The position numbers and the translations under genes are program-made. Shown here piece after piece: positions 1 through 10,229 of a DNA stretch of 16,714 bases. Below the pieces are notes generated by a model, which was not told where the DNA came from, searched no databases, and was given only the letters and a program-made list of their open reading frames with translations. The DNA comes from an uncultured archaeon (GTDB lineage: Archaea; Iainarchaeota; Iainarchaeia; Iainarchaeales; Iainarchaeaceae): contig CAZNZM010000012.1 in the NCBI GenBank assembly GCA_964577555.1, positions 1-16,714 on the forward strand, written 5' to 3'. The stretch's first letter is position 1, and every line of letters starts with the position of its first letter.

Positions 1-480
1 TTGTTTTTTTTGTGAGCCGAATTTTTTTTGTTTTTGTTGAGCCATATTTTGTCATTTTTTTTGAATCGTTTTTTTTAAGCCATTTTTTTGTTGTGTTTTA
101 GCCAATTTTTTTTGTCATTGTTTTTTTTTTAATTTTGAATTTTTGTTTTTTTTGTGAGCCGAATTTTTTTTGTTTTTGTTGAGCCATATTTTGTCATTTT
201 TTTTGAATCGTTTTTTTTAAGCCATTTTTTTGTTGTGTTTTAGCCAATTTTTTTTGTCATTGTTTTTTTTTTAATTTTGAATTTTTGTTTTTTTTGTGAG
301 CCGAATTTTTTTTTGTGTTTTTTTTGATTTATTTTATTTTTTTTTGTCTTTATTATTTTTGTTACAATTTGTTTTTTTTGTCAGATTTGAATATTTTTTT
401 TTAAGCGCTTTTTTTTGTTTTTTAAGGCTTTTTTTTAGTTTTTGGTTAGTTTTTGACTTGTTTTTTTGCTTTTATTTTCT
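1..480 (+). repeat. T-tract / AGCC-word intergenic repeat block A; T-rich strand is +
   Basis: Extreme T richness with very few C. Non-T bases cluster in short words (tgtgagccgaa, gttgagccata, aagcca, tagccaa, gtcattg, gaatcg) between T5-T10 runs. Contains the 142-bp tandem array. The distal part (316-480) shares strings with the reverse complement of block B, e.g. ttttttgatttatt at 320-333 equals the reverse complement of 11367-11380. Confidence 0.85.
11..315 (+). repeat. 142-bp tandem repeat: two identical copies (11-152, 153-294) plus a partial third (295-~315)
   Basis: tgtgagccga starts at 11, 153 and 295, a period of 142. By direct reading copies 1 and 2 are identical at every base. Bases 1-10 (ttgttttttt) equal the last 10 nt of the unit, so the array probably continues left of the window. 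Confidence 0.9.
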
Positions 481-520
481 TTAAAGTGCAGGTTATTTAA
501 ATATTTGTGAAGGGATTTGA

Positions 521-529
521 GTATATATT
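521..529 (+). promoter_or_regulatory. Candidate TATA box for the rpl21e operon (alternative: tatttaaatat at 494-504)
   Basis: gtatatatt is centred about 30 nt upstream of the ATG at 556, which would give a very short leader. Assigned by position only. Confidence 0.3.
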
Positions 530-555
530 CCGATTTCATTTGGTTAGTGGTTATT

Positions 556-876
556 ATGGCTAATAAAAAGGCAAAGGGTTCAAGGGCTAAAACAAGAGCA
601 TTAAGGAAAGGCCCAAAAGTCACGCCGAATAAATTGTTAATGGATTATCCAATAGGTTCGAAAGTTGATATTAAAATAGATTGGTCTGTCAAGGCTGGGC
701 GCCCTCACAGGAGATATCATGGGCTTACTGGGACAGTTATTGGCAAGCAAGGAAATTGTTTTGTTGTTGAAGTATATAAGTTGAATAAAAAAATGAATAT
801 AATTGTGGGTCCGGCGCATGTTAGTGCGTCGAAAGGCGTAAAGCCAAAAAAGGAGTCAAAAGTGGTGAAAGCATGA
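556..876 (+). CDS. rpl21e: 50S ribosomal protein L21e (eL21)
   Basis: ORF 517-876. The internal ATG at 556 gives MANKKAKGSRAKTRALRKGPK..., a basic N-terminus followed by RRYHGLTGTVIG, typical of eL21 at about 106 aa. The stop overlaps the next start (ATGA at 873-876). Confidence 0.9.
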   Translation: MANKKAKGSRAKTRALRKGPKVTPNKLLMDYPIGSKVDIKIDWSVKAGRPHRRYHGLTGTVIGKQGNCFVVEVYKLNKKMNIIVGPAHVSASKGVKPKKESKVVKA

Positions 877-1208
877 TAGGCAAGAAAGTCATTTCAACTA
901 AAAATATTCCTTTGTGCGAGGTAAAGGAAATTCTTTCGGAAAGGCAGAAGCAGGGCGATTTAACTTACGAACAACAACAAGCACTTGATTATTCAAAAAA
1001 ATTTTCTAAGCTTACTCCTTCTAAAGCCGAAAAACTTGCTGAAGAATTGAGGCAAATTGAAGGGCTTGACGAGGATTTCATAATAAAGGCATTGGATATC
1101 CTGCCAACCGACCTCGATACCGCTAGACTTATAGCGTACAAGTCTGGTGCAATAAATGAAGACAAACTTAAACAAGTAGTAGAACTTGCTTCAAAATACG
1201 CGAAGTAA
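873..1208 (+). CDS. rpoF: DNA-directed RNA polymerase subunit Rpo4 (RpoF)
   Basis: 111-aa helical, acidic protein. It sits immediately after rpl21e and before DUF655 and ksgA, which is the conserved archaeal order. GGTGA SD-like motif just upstream. Confidence 0.75.
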   Translation: MIGKKVISTKNIPLCEVKEILSERQKQGDLTYEQQQALDYSKKFSKLTPSKAEKLAEELRQIEGLDEDFIIKALDILPTDLDTARLIAYKSGAINEDKLKQVVELASKYAK

Positions 1209-1239
1209 GATTTTACATACATAAGCAGAGTGGATTATC

Positions 1240-1821
1240 ATGAAGGCGGAAGACAATGCTTTAGTTTTGGATTACTTGCCAAGAGGAAGGAGTTCTGATT
1301 ATAAAACCGAGCCTTTGGCACAACTTCTTGGCACTGAATTTTTTACTTTATTGGAAGTCGTTCCAAAAGTAGGCGTGGAACTTAAGCCTCTTGAGGAAGT
1401 TTATGTTGGCAAGGATGAGAGGCCTAAAATAGATTATATAAAGAAGAGAATAACCTATAAGGAATTGACTAATAATGCTTTGAACGAGCTTGAATCAGCC
1501 ATAAAAAAAATTGTTTTGATGCATGAACCAAGGTTTGTTCAGTTTTTCAATACTTCAAAGCCCATAACTTTGAAAAGGCATCAACTTGAACTTTTGCCCG
1601 GCATGGGAAAAAAACACATGTTTGATGTTCTGTCAGAGAGAGAAAAAAAGCCGTTTGAATCGTTTCAAGACATTAAGGAAAGGGTGCATGGGTTGCAAGA
1701 CCCTGCATTGTGCATAGTAAAGCGTGTCATGGAAGAACTTGAAGGGATTGATGTAAAATTTTACTTATTTGCCAGGCCGCCATTTCAAGAAAAACCTTTC
1801 TTTCCTAGAAAAAGATTTTGA
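1240..1821 (+). CDS. DUF655 / COG1491-type predicted nucleic-acid-binding protein (OB fold plus helix-hairpin-helix)
   Basis: 193 aa. The N-terminal ALVLDYLPRG and the C-terminal LELLPGMGKK HhH-like segment match my recollection of the family that sits between rpoF and ksgA in archaea. Confidence 0.7.
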   Translation: MKAEDNALVLDYLPRGRSSDYKTEPLAQLLGTEFFTLLEVVPKVGVELKPLEEVYVGKDERPKIDYIKKRITYKELTNNALNELESAIKKIVLMHEPRFVQFFNTSKPITLKRHQLELLPGMGKKHMFDVLSEREKKPFESFQDIKERVHGLQDPALCIVKRVMEELEGIDVKFYLFARPPFQEKPFFPRKRF

Positions 1822-1830
1822 TTTACGCTT

Positions 1831-2661
1831 ATGTCACTTTTTTCAAAGCTTCAAAGCCTTATGATTAATTACAGATTCAGGCCAAATGAAAAGCTCAGCC
1901 AAAATTTTTGCATTGACGAAAGGCTGTTAGTAAAAATGGTTGATTCAGCTTTTCTTAAGAAAAACGATGTAGTGCTTGAAATAGGTGCAGGAACAGGATT
2001 TTTAACCGAAAAATTGCTTGAAAAGTGCAAAGTAATAGCTGTTGAAAAAGACGATACTTTAGCTGATTTGCTTTCAAAAAATTTTTCAAACAACAAAAAT
2101 TTTGTTTTAGCTCATAACGATTTTTTGGATTTAAAAACTTTGAAATTCAACAAAATAGTGGCTTTGCCGCCTTATGCGTTATCTGATGACATAATGTTGA
2201 AAATTTTTTCATACCGCCCTGAAATTGTTGTGATTGTTTTTCAACGCGAATTTGTAAGAAAGCTTGCGGCATTTCCAGGTTTAAAGGAATATTCTTATCT
2301 TTCAGTGCTGACGAATCTTATTTTTGATTCAAATGTTTTAATAGAAAACATATCGCCAATGTCTTTTTTTCCAAAACCAAGTTCATATTCTTCTCTTCTT
2401 TGCCTTGTTTTAAGAAAAAAACAACCTGAAGTAAAAAATTTTTTTGATTTCATATTTTTCTTGAAGCAAATATTCAGATTCAAAAACAAGTCTCTCAGGA
2501 ATGCAATTAATAATGCGTATCCAGAATTGCATAAAAAATTCAAAATAGATCCTAATAAAATTGATGAATTGCTTGGTTCCTGTTATTACGCTTCGAAAAA
2601 AGTCAATTTGCTTGAACCCGAGGAATTTCTGGATTTGTTCAGGAAAATTTTTCAAGAATGA
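1831..2661 (+). CDS. ksgA: 16S rRNA (adenine1518/1519-N6)-dimethyltransferase KsgA/Dim1
   Basis: 276 aa. SAM motif I VLEIGAGTGFLT, motif IV-like VALPPYALS, and conserved gene context. Confidence 0.9.
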   Translation: MSLFSKLQSLMINYRFRPNEKLSQNFCIDERLLVKMVDSAFLKKNDVVLEIGAGTGFLTEKLLEKCKVIAVEKDDTLADLLSKNFSNNKNFVLAHNDFLDLKTLKFNKIVALPPYALSDDIMLKIFSYRPEIVVIVFQREFVRKLAAFPGLKEYSYLSVLTNLIFDSNVLIENISPMSFFPKPSSYSSLLCLVLRKKQPEVKNFFDFIFFLKQIFRFKNKSLRNAINNAYPELHKKFKIDPNKIDELLGSCYYASKKVNLLEPEEFLDLFRKIFQE

Positions 2662-4171
2662 TTTTTTGGAACTCTATTATGTCTGCAGAAGTTGCAAATT
2701 TATAAGCCGCTTCTAGTTTTGTTTCGTTTTCCGCAAAAATTTCCATTAAAGTGTCTCCTTTTTGGACTTTTGAGCCAACTTCAACGTTCAAAAGTATGCC
2801 TGCTTTTTTGTTTGCAGGTGCACCAGAAAGTCGCGCAACTTTATTAAGCAACTCGACGTTTATTACGCTTATTTCGCCTGTGCATTCCGAAAGAACCTTT
2901 TTTGAAAACTTTGCAGGAGTTATTTGTGTTGAAGATAAAATGCTTCCTCCTTGTGCCAAAATAATTTCCTTCATTTTTTCAAGTGCTTTGCCGGATTTCA
3001 ATATTTCCAAAGCTTTTTCGTATCCCTTGCCTTTTGGAACATCACCAACCAGTTCAAGCAATGCTCCTGAAAGTTCAACGGATTTTTGCGCCAAGTTGTC
3101 GAATATTTTGCCTTCAAGTATTTCAAGTGCGTGTTTTGCTTCCAATGCAGGGCCGAATGCTTTTCCACAAGGCTCAGAACCGTTTGTCAAAAGCACTTCT
3201 ACGTTGATTCCTAATTGTCTTCCAACTTCCACGAATTTCAGAGCCATTGCTTCGGCCTTTTCCCGTGTTTTTACTTTTGCAAATTGTCCTATTGGTATGT
3301 CTACTACAACATACTTGGCTCCAACACTTGCTTTTTTTGCCATTACACTTGCAATTACTTGTCCTTCAGGGTCAAGTGAAAGCGGGTATTCTATTTTGAT
3401 TATCTTGTCGTCTGCAGGTGCAAGTTCCACTGCGCCTCCCCAAGCAATGCAACCACCTGTTTTTTCAACAATTGATTTGATTTCTTCCAAAGAAAGAGAT
3501 ACTTTTGCGATTACTTCCATTGCGTCGGCAGTGCCTGCTGATGAAGTTATAGACCTTGAAGAGGTTTTTGGTATTGCATAGCCGGCAGCAGCAATTATTG
3601 GGACTATTATCATTGTGGCTCTTCCGTTCAAGCCCCCTATTGAATGCTTGTCAACAATTTTGGAATTTGAGAGTTTGAGAGTTTTGCCATTGTCTATGAG
3701 TGATTTTGTCATATGCACTATTTCATCAATGTCAAAGCCATGCACATAAACCCCACTTACAAATGCTGTTGCTTCTATTTCGCTTAAACTGTTGTCAGCT
3801 ATGTCATTTACTATTTGCTTGATTTCTTCAAAAGACAATTTTTTTCCGTCCAGTTTCTTTTTAATGAATTCCGTGCTTTTGGGTTTTTGAGCTGCTTTGA
3901 CTTCAACATATTGTTCGTCTTTTATTTCAAGTATTTTTTGAAGGTCCTTAAAAATTCCTATTTCGTTTTCTTTTATTATTGAATCCGTTACATCAACAAC
4001 CGCTTTGACGATTTTATTAGTATCAGGCGAAAAAATTTCAATCCTGTCGTTTGGAAAAACTCCTAATTCCTTTGCATCAATTATATTAAGTATTGCTATC
4101 AATTTGCCTGTTTTGAGGTCAACTGTTCTGGCTTTCAGTTTTTGCTTATAACCGTTTTTTGCTTCATTCAT
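2639..4171 (-). CDS. deoA: AMP phosphorylase (thymidine phosphorylase family, archaeal long form)
   Basis: 510 aa. DKHSIGG and TSSRSITSSAGTAD motifs of the pyrimidine-nucleoside phosphorylase fold. The ~90-aa N-terminal extension and ~500-aa length are characteristic of archaeal AMP phosphorylase. Confidence 0.85.
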   Translation of the reverse strand: MNEAKNGYKQKLKARTVDLKTGKLIAILNIIDAKELGVFPNDRIEIFSPDTNKIVKAVVDVTDSIIKENEIGIFKDLQKILEIKDEQYVEVKAAQKPKSTEFIKKKLDGKKLSFEEIKQIVNDIADNSLSEIEATAFVSGVYVHGFDIDEIVHMTKSLIDNGKTLKLSNSKIVDKHSIGGLNGRATMIIVPIIAAAGYAIPKTSSRSITSSAGTADAMEVIAKVSLSLEEIKSIVEKTGGCIAWGGAVELAPADDKIIKIEYPLSLDPEGQVIASVMAKKASVGAKYVVVDIPIGQFAKVKTREKAEAMALKFVEVGRQLGINVEVLLTNGSEPCGKAFGPALEAKHALEILEGKIFDNLAQKSVELSGALLELVGDVPKGKGYEKALEILKSGKALEKMKEIILAQGGSILSSTQITPAKFSKKVLSECTGEISVINVELLNKVARLSGAPANKKAGILLNVEVGSKVQKGDTLMEIFAENETKLEAAYKFATSADIIEFQKIILEKFS

Positions 4172-4193
4172 TGTAAAAATTAAAACCCCTAAT

Positions 4194-4208
4194 TATATAA
4201 ATCTTCGC
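4194..4208 (-). promoter_or_regulatory. BRE plus TATA box of deoA; leaderless geometry
   Basis: The minus strand reads gcgaaga-tttatata. The TATA (4194-4201) is centred about 26 nt upstream of the ATG at 4171, with a purine-rich BRE-like gcgaaga immediately upstream. Confidence 0.5.
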
Positions 4209-4245
4209 GCTTTGCAATCAAAACATATTTTTTTTCAAGTTTTTT

Positions 4246-4992
4246 TTAGGTGTTTTGTCCAAGTTTTGCGCACATTTCCATCGCAGCTTTTTTAATGTCT
4301 TGTGCTTCGTAGAGCCCTCTGCCTACAATTGCGTGCCAATTATTGCCCGCGGCTTTTCCTGAATCTGTTATGCTTCCGCCTTGTGCAACTAAGCCAGGCG
4401 AGTAAAGAATCGGTTTTATTCCAAAAGATTCCAAGAATTTTTTATAATGCAATATTTTGTCAGGTTTATTTCCAGGCACTACAAATTCTAAAACCCTGTT
4501 TTCTATTGCTAATTTATAAATTTCTTCTGGGGCAGTGTCTTTCAAAAACCCGCCTTCGCTGGAAAGGTATGCTTTGTGTGTCATTTCCCCCCCTACAATG
4601 ACTTTCAATCCTTGGTTGAATGCTGATTTTATCCATTCTTTTTCTGTTTCAGGTCCGGCTTGAGGAAAAAGTATTACCGAATCGACTTTTGCTTTTGCAC
4701 AAACTTTTGCAAATTTTTCACCAGTGAAAGGAATGTCAGTGCCTGCTTTTTGATGGTCATAAATTATTGGTTTGTCTGTGTGTTTTCTGCATGCTTTTAC
4801 AACTTTGTCCAAGCCATATGACAATGCCAATTCAAAACCTATTTTGTATGCGCCTATTCCGAAAACATCTTTTGTTTCCTTGACAAGTATTTCAAATTCT
4901 TTTAAATTGTCAAAGTCGCACGATGGCACTATGCTTTTCGGGATTTTTATTGTTGGTTCTGGTTTGTTTGTCATTATTTTCCTTCCTGCCAT
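4246..4992 (-). CDS. pyrF: Orotidine 5'-phosphate decarboxylase family protein (PyrF); alternative start at 4974
   Basis: 248 aa. Has SCDFD, YKIGFEL and IVGRG elements of the ODCase TIM barrel and is the last gene of the pyr operon. The ATG at 4974 forms TAATG with the pyrE stop. The central motif is [11 protein letters not shown] rather than the classic DxKxxD spacing. Confidence 0.75.
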   Translation of the reverse strand: MAGRKIMTNKPEPTIKIPKSIVPSCDFDNLKEFEILVKETKDVFGIGAYKIGFELALSYGLDKVVKACRKHTDKPIIYDHQKAGTDIPFTGEKFAKVCAKAKVDSVILFPQAGPETEKEWIKSAFNQGLKVIVGGEMTHKAYLSSEGGFLKDTAPEEIYKLAIENRVLEFVVPGNKPDKILHYKKFLESFGIKPILYSPGLVAQGGSITDSGKAAGNNWHAIVGRGLYEAQDIKKAAMEMCAKLGQNT

Positions 4993-5609
4993 TTTATCGG
5001 ATCCTTGAAATAATCTTTTGTCATTTTGTAAATTTCAGGTTCTATTTTTTTATGCTTTCGCAATATGTCCAATAGTTCCGAAATAGTGAATACTGAATGC
5101 AAATGCAAACCGCTTTTAAGCAATTCTTCGGAGCCGCCTTGTTGTCTGTCAATAAGAACCAAAATATCCTTTACTTTTAGTCCGACTTTTTCCAACGGAG
5201 AAATGGCTTCAAATTTGCTTGCTCCGTTTGTTATTATATCGTCAATCACTAACACGGTTTCGCCTTCAGAAAATTTTCCTTCAACCAAAGCTTTTGTTCC
5301 GTATTCCTTTACTTCTTTGCGCGGAAAAACCATGCGCCAATTCCTTTCAAGGCTTACTGCGGTTGCTATTGCAATTGCAGCAAATGGTATTCCGGCTATT
5401 GCATCAAATTTTAAATTGTCAGCCTTCAACGCCAATTGGTTTCCAACTTTTTTCAATACTGCAGGGTATGAAACTAAAATCCTCAAATCTATATAAATTG
5501 GGCTTTTCAACCCTGATTTTAAAGTAAATAAACCGAATTTTACAGCGCCTATTTCCTGCAAGTCCAATGCTAGTTGTTCCCTTTCATCCATACACATTTC
5601 CTCTTGCAA
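4974..5609 (-). CDS. pyrE: Orotate phosphoribosyltransferase; possible later starts at 5597 or 5591
   Basis: 211 aa. [19 protein letters not shown] plus the PRPP-binding motif [13 protein letters not shown]. Confidence 0.9.
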   Translation of the reverse strand: MQEEMCMDEREQLALDLQEIGAVKFGLFTLKSGLKSPIYIDLRILVSYPAVLKKVGNQLALKADNLKFDAIAGIPFAAIAIATAVSLERNWRMVFPRKEVKEYGTKALVEGKFSEGETVLVIDDIITNGASKFEAISPLEKVGLKVKDILVLIDRQQGGSEELLKSGLHLHSVFTISELLDILRKHKKIEPEIYKMTKDYFKDPIKWQEGK

Positions 5610-6852
5610 TTACATGTTCAATGCAACCTTTTAATTCCATTCCGTCAAAAGGGCTGTATTTTGCTTTTGTAAACAATCTTGCATTTTGGATTAATGTATT
5701 TTTATTCAAATCTATTATTATTAAATCCGCATCAAATCCTTTTCTAATAAAACCTTTGTTTTGCAAATTGAATATTTTTGCAGGGTTTTCCGACACCACT
5801 TTGATCATGTTTTGCAATGAAATTTTTTTTTCCACAACTTCGTTTAACAGCAATGGAACCATTGTTTCTATTCCTGGTATTCCTGAAGGGCATTGCCAGT
5901 AATCCAATTGTTTTTCTTCAAATGTGTGTGGTGCATGGTCTGTTGCAACAACATCGATCAAGCCGTTTTTCAAGGCAGAGTAAAGCGCGATTCTGTGTTC
6001 AGGACCTTTGATTGAAGGGTTGCATTTTATTAAATTTCCAAGTGTTTTGTAATCATTTGAATCCAAAAACAGATGATTTGGCGAAACTTCAAAGGTTATG
6101 TGGTTGCCAAATCTTAATTTTTTTCCTTGAAGAATCAGTTTCAACCCGCCTTTGCTGGAAACGTGTGCAAAATGCAAATGCCCGCCTGTTTCATTTTGAA
6201 TATTCAATAGTGTCCTTATTGCCGAAACTTCGGCTTTTTCGTTTCTGATTAAGACATGTGTTTCCGGCCAATTTTCATTTTTAAAAATTTTTTCATTTTC
6301 GGTGACAACTTTGTCGTCTTCTGCATGCGCTACAACCACAAACCCTTTTTTCCTAGAAAGCAAAAACAATTCCCTGATTGCATCAGGGTTGTTCATTAAA
6401 AGGTTTCCAGTAGTATGCCCAAAATACAATTTGACCGCGTGCAGACCTTTTGCCTTTTCCATTTCATGCAAATTGTTTTCAGTTGCACCCATGTAAAGTT
6501 CAAATGAAACCAAAGATTCTTCTTCTACAATCCTTCTTTTTTTTTCAAAAATTGTGGCGCTTATAATTGGCGGGTCGTTGTTAGGCATGTCCATTACAGT
6601 TGTAACGCCTCCATGTAGTGCCGCTAATGAGCCAGAACACCAGTCCTCTTTATATTCAAAGCCAGGAGTTCTGAAATGTACGTGGCAATCAATTGCGCCC
6701 GGCAAAATTATTTTACCTTTACAATCAATTTCATGTTCTGCATCGAATTCTTTTGCTCCAATTTCCGCAATTTTTCCGTTTGCGCATAAAATATTCGTTT
6801 TAACAAGTTTACCTTCAATGTACGCTTTTCCGTTTTTGAGTGCAAGTTTCAT
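5584..6852 (-). CDS. pyrC: Dihydroorotase
   Basis: 422 aa. Amidohydrolase metal motif [10 protein letters not shown], then VATDHAPH. The start overlaps the pyrK stop by 4 nt. Confidence 0.9.
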   Translation of the reverse strand: MKLALKNGKAYIEGKLVKTNILCANGKIAEIGAKEFDAEHEIDCKGKIILPGAIDCHVHFRTPGFEYKEDWCSGSLAALHGGVTTVMDMPNNDPPIISATIFEKKRRIVEEESLVSFELYMGATENNLHEMEKAKGLHAVKLYFGHTTGNLLMNNPDAIRELFLLSRKKGFVVVAHAEDDKVVTENEKIFKNENWPETHVLIRNEKAEVSAIRTLLNIQNETGGHLHFAHVSSKGGLKLILQGKKLRFGNHITFEVSPNHLFLDSNDYKTLGNLIKCNPSIKGPEHRIALYSALKNGLIDVVATDHAPHTFEEKQLDYWQCPSGIPGIETMVPLLLNEVVEKKISLQNMIKVVSENPAKIFNLQNKGFIRKGFDADLIIIDLNKNTLIQNARLFTKAKYSPFDGMELKGCIEHVIARGNVYG

Positions 6853-7712
6853 TCTTCACGCCACCTAAAGTATTCTTTTAATTCAACCCTTCTGCCGCTT
6901 TTAAGGTAAGCAATTTTTCCAAACTCTTTCATACTGCTTAATTCTTTTCCGTTGAATACTGGGCCGTCTCTGCATACTAATTTGTCATCAATTGCGCATT
7001 CACCACAAACACCTATTCCGCATTTCATGTACCGTTCAATCGAAGCTTCAAACACAATTTTGTGTTTTGCTGCTATTTCCATTGCACGCAGTATCATTGC
7101 TTCTGGCCCGCAAGCATAAACAATGTCGTGTTTTTCCTTTTCCAGCAATTTGTCAAGTACAATGACGTTAAAACCTTTTTCCCCATAAGAACCATCATCA
7201 GTAGTAACATATACTTTTCCGAATTTTTTCAATTCTTTTTCAAAAATTATTCTTTCTTTTGACCTTCCGCCAAGTATTATTTTTGTCTTGCATTTGTTTT
7301 CATAAAGCTTTTTTGCAAGCATTATTATTGAATCTATGCCGACCCCGCCGGCAATAATCACGGCTTTTTTAATGCCTTTTGTAGTGAATGGTTTTCCATA
7401 TGGGCCTCTTATCCAAAATTTTTTGCCTTCTTTCATTTCGAGCATTTTTTTTGTTGCAATCCCCTTTGCTTCTATATTAATAGCAATTTTTTTTCCATTA
7501 GGTATTAATGCTAATGGTTTTTCATCCACGCCAGGCAACCAAACCATTACAAATTGGCCTGGTTCGAAATCCATTTCAAGTCCTAGAAAAAAAGTTTTAT
7601 TGCCTGGAAATTCTTCCCTGACTTTTTCAATTATTGCAGGCCTAGTTTTTGTATCATATTTCCAGCATTTGCAATAGTCTACTTCTTTTTTTTCAATAGT
7701 TTTCATGCGCAA
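6849..7712 (-). CDS. pyrK: Dihydroorotate dehydrogenase (class 1B) electron-transfer subunit
   Basis: 287 aa. FAD/NAD-binding ferredoxin-reductase fold and a C-terminal 2Fe-2S cluster motif CGIGVCGECA. Adjacent to pyrD. Confidence 0.85.
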   Translation of the reverse strand: MRMKTIEKKEVDYCKCWKYDTKTRPAIIEKVREEFPGNKTFFLGLEMDFEPGQFVMVWLPGVDEKPLALIPNGKKIAINIEAKGIATKKMLEMKEGKKFWIRGPYGKPFTTKGIKKAVIIAGGVGIDSIIMLAKKLYENKCKTKIILGGRSKERIIFEKELKKFGKVYVTTDDGSYGEKGFNVIVLDKLLEKEKHDIVYACGPEAMILRAMEIAAKHKIVFEASIERYMKCGIGVCGECAIDDKLVCRDGPVFNGKELSSMKEFGKIAYLKSGRRVELKEYFRWREE

Positions 7713-8613
7713 TACCCTTCAATTGTTCAATTTTTGTAAAACCATTTTCTTTCATCCATTCCATAATTTCTTTGCAAACTTTTTTGAAAACTCTTGGTCC
7801 ATAAAGCCAAACTGCACTGCCTATTCCGCATGCAGTTGCACCAGCCATTATGTATTCAAGAGCGTCTTTCCCTGAAGTTATGCCGCCTTCCCCTATTATT
7901 GGTATTTCTACTTTTTCATAAAGGTCATAAGTAATCTTCAAATTTATAGGTTTCAAGGCTGGTCCACTTATCCCGCCTTTTTTGAATGCAAGAATAGGTT
8001 TTTGTGCATCAACATCTATCAACATTCCAGGCATTGTGTTGCATGCACAAAGCGCATCCGCGCCAGCTTCCTCGCATGCAATTCCTATTTCTGTCGGCGA
8101 CGTGACTGCAGGAGTCAACTTGGCTATAATCGGTATTTTTCCAACCACGTCCTTGACGCTTGAAACTATTTTTGCAGAAATATTTGGGTCTTGGGCGAAT
8201 TGCATGTCGTGCCATTCGGTATTAGGACAGGAAATATCAAGTTCAATAAACTCTGGTTTTTTTTCAGCCACGTATTGTGCAACTTCTGCGAATTCTTCCC
8301 ATTTTGTCCCATAAATACTTGCAATCAATGGAGTATTGGTTCTTTTTAATTCCTTTAACTCTTCAAATTCCTCGTCATAATTTTTATAGCCAGGAGTAGG
8401 CAAGCCAACAGCATTCAAAAGCCCGTGCTCCCATTCAATTACAGTCGGATTTTTATGTCCAAACCTTTCACGTGGCCCAATGCTTTTCATGGTGACCGCG
8501 CCAGCTCCTTCCAAAGCCACTCTTATGAGCTGTGCCGCATTTACTCCGAGGATGCCGGAAGCAAGCCGTGTAGGGTTTTGCATTTCAATGCCGCACAAAG
8601 TAGTCTTCAGCAT
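7693..8613 (-). CDS. pyrD: Dihydroorotate dehydrogenase catalytic subunit (class 1B)
   Basis: 306 aa. NASGILG-like start (RLASGILG), AVTMKSIG, ISCPN, and GGISGPALKP with IIGEGGI near the C-terminus. Confidence 0.9.
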   Translation of the reverse strand: MLKTTLCGIEMQNPTRLASGILGVNAAQLIRVALEGAGAVTMKSIGPRERFGHKNPTVIEWEHGLLNAVGLPTPGYKNYDEEFEELKELKRTNTPLIASIYGTKWEEFAEVAQYVAEKKPEFIELDISCPNTEWHDMQFAQDPNISAKIVSSVKDVVGKIPIIAKLTPAVTSPTEIGIACEEAGADALCACNTMPGMLIDVDAQKPILAFKKGGISGPALKPINLKITYDLYEKVEIPIIGEGGITSGKDALEYIMAGATACGIGSAVWLYGPRVFKKVCKEIMEWMKENGFTKIEQLKGIAHENY

Positions 8614-10061
<1,448 letters not shown>

Positions 10062-10229
10062 TTAATAAAAACCTATTGTCTGCCAAAACAAAATCATTGT
10101 GCTTTAAAACAACCTATAAAATAAGTGCAAAAAACAATTGCTGAAAAAACAAAAATTTACATAAAAAATTTCTACAAAACATGCAAATCAATAAATTTAA
10201 TAACAATTATTAAAATAATAATAAAAGTT

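Noticed and set aside
11-152. Intrinsically bent DNA from helically phased T-tracts
   Set aside because: The starts of T>=7 runs in the unit fall at 22, 55, 69, 83, 106, 121 and 146. The spacings are 33, 14, 14, 23, 15 and 25 nt, which is not a consistent 10-11-nt phase. A curvature calculation could still be run.
1-480. CRISPR array interpretation of the repeated words
   Set aside because: There is no constant-length direct repeat alternating with unique spacers. The words are 4-11 nt and are separated by homopolymer T. No cas genes are in the window.
1-480. MITE or IS-derived element
   Set aside because: No terminal inverted repeats, no target-site duplications, and no transposase remnants are discernible. 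Block boundaries are diffuse and the module content differs between blocks.
296-484. 62-aa ORF in the track (MSRIFFCVFFDLFYFF...), extremely Phe-rich
   Set aside because: This is a translation of T-tract DNA (TTT/TTC codons). It lies in the repeat block, has no plausible start context, and its frame is not conserved in the other copies because T-run lengths differ. It is a composition artefact.
517-555. N-terminal extensions of track ORFs: 517 for rpl21e, 13813 for ftsZ, 14994 for secE, and the GTG at 10125 for the membrane protein
   Set aside because: The extensions encode implausible hydrophobic or AT-driven peptides and cover likely promoter sequence. Internal ATGs give N-termini typical of the families.
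2751-3581. Long antisense ORFs opposite real genes: 2751-3581 (opposite deoA), 14205-14780 (opposite ftsZ), 5065-5496, 7336-7677, 7982-8314 and 8633-8965
   Set aside because: These are shadow ORFs opposite strongly recognisable genes. Their products are low-complexity (Ser/Pro/Phe-rich) with no recognisable motifs.
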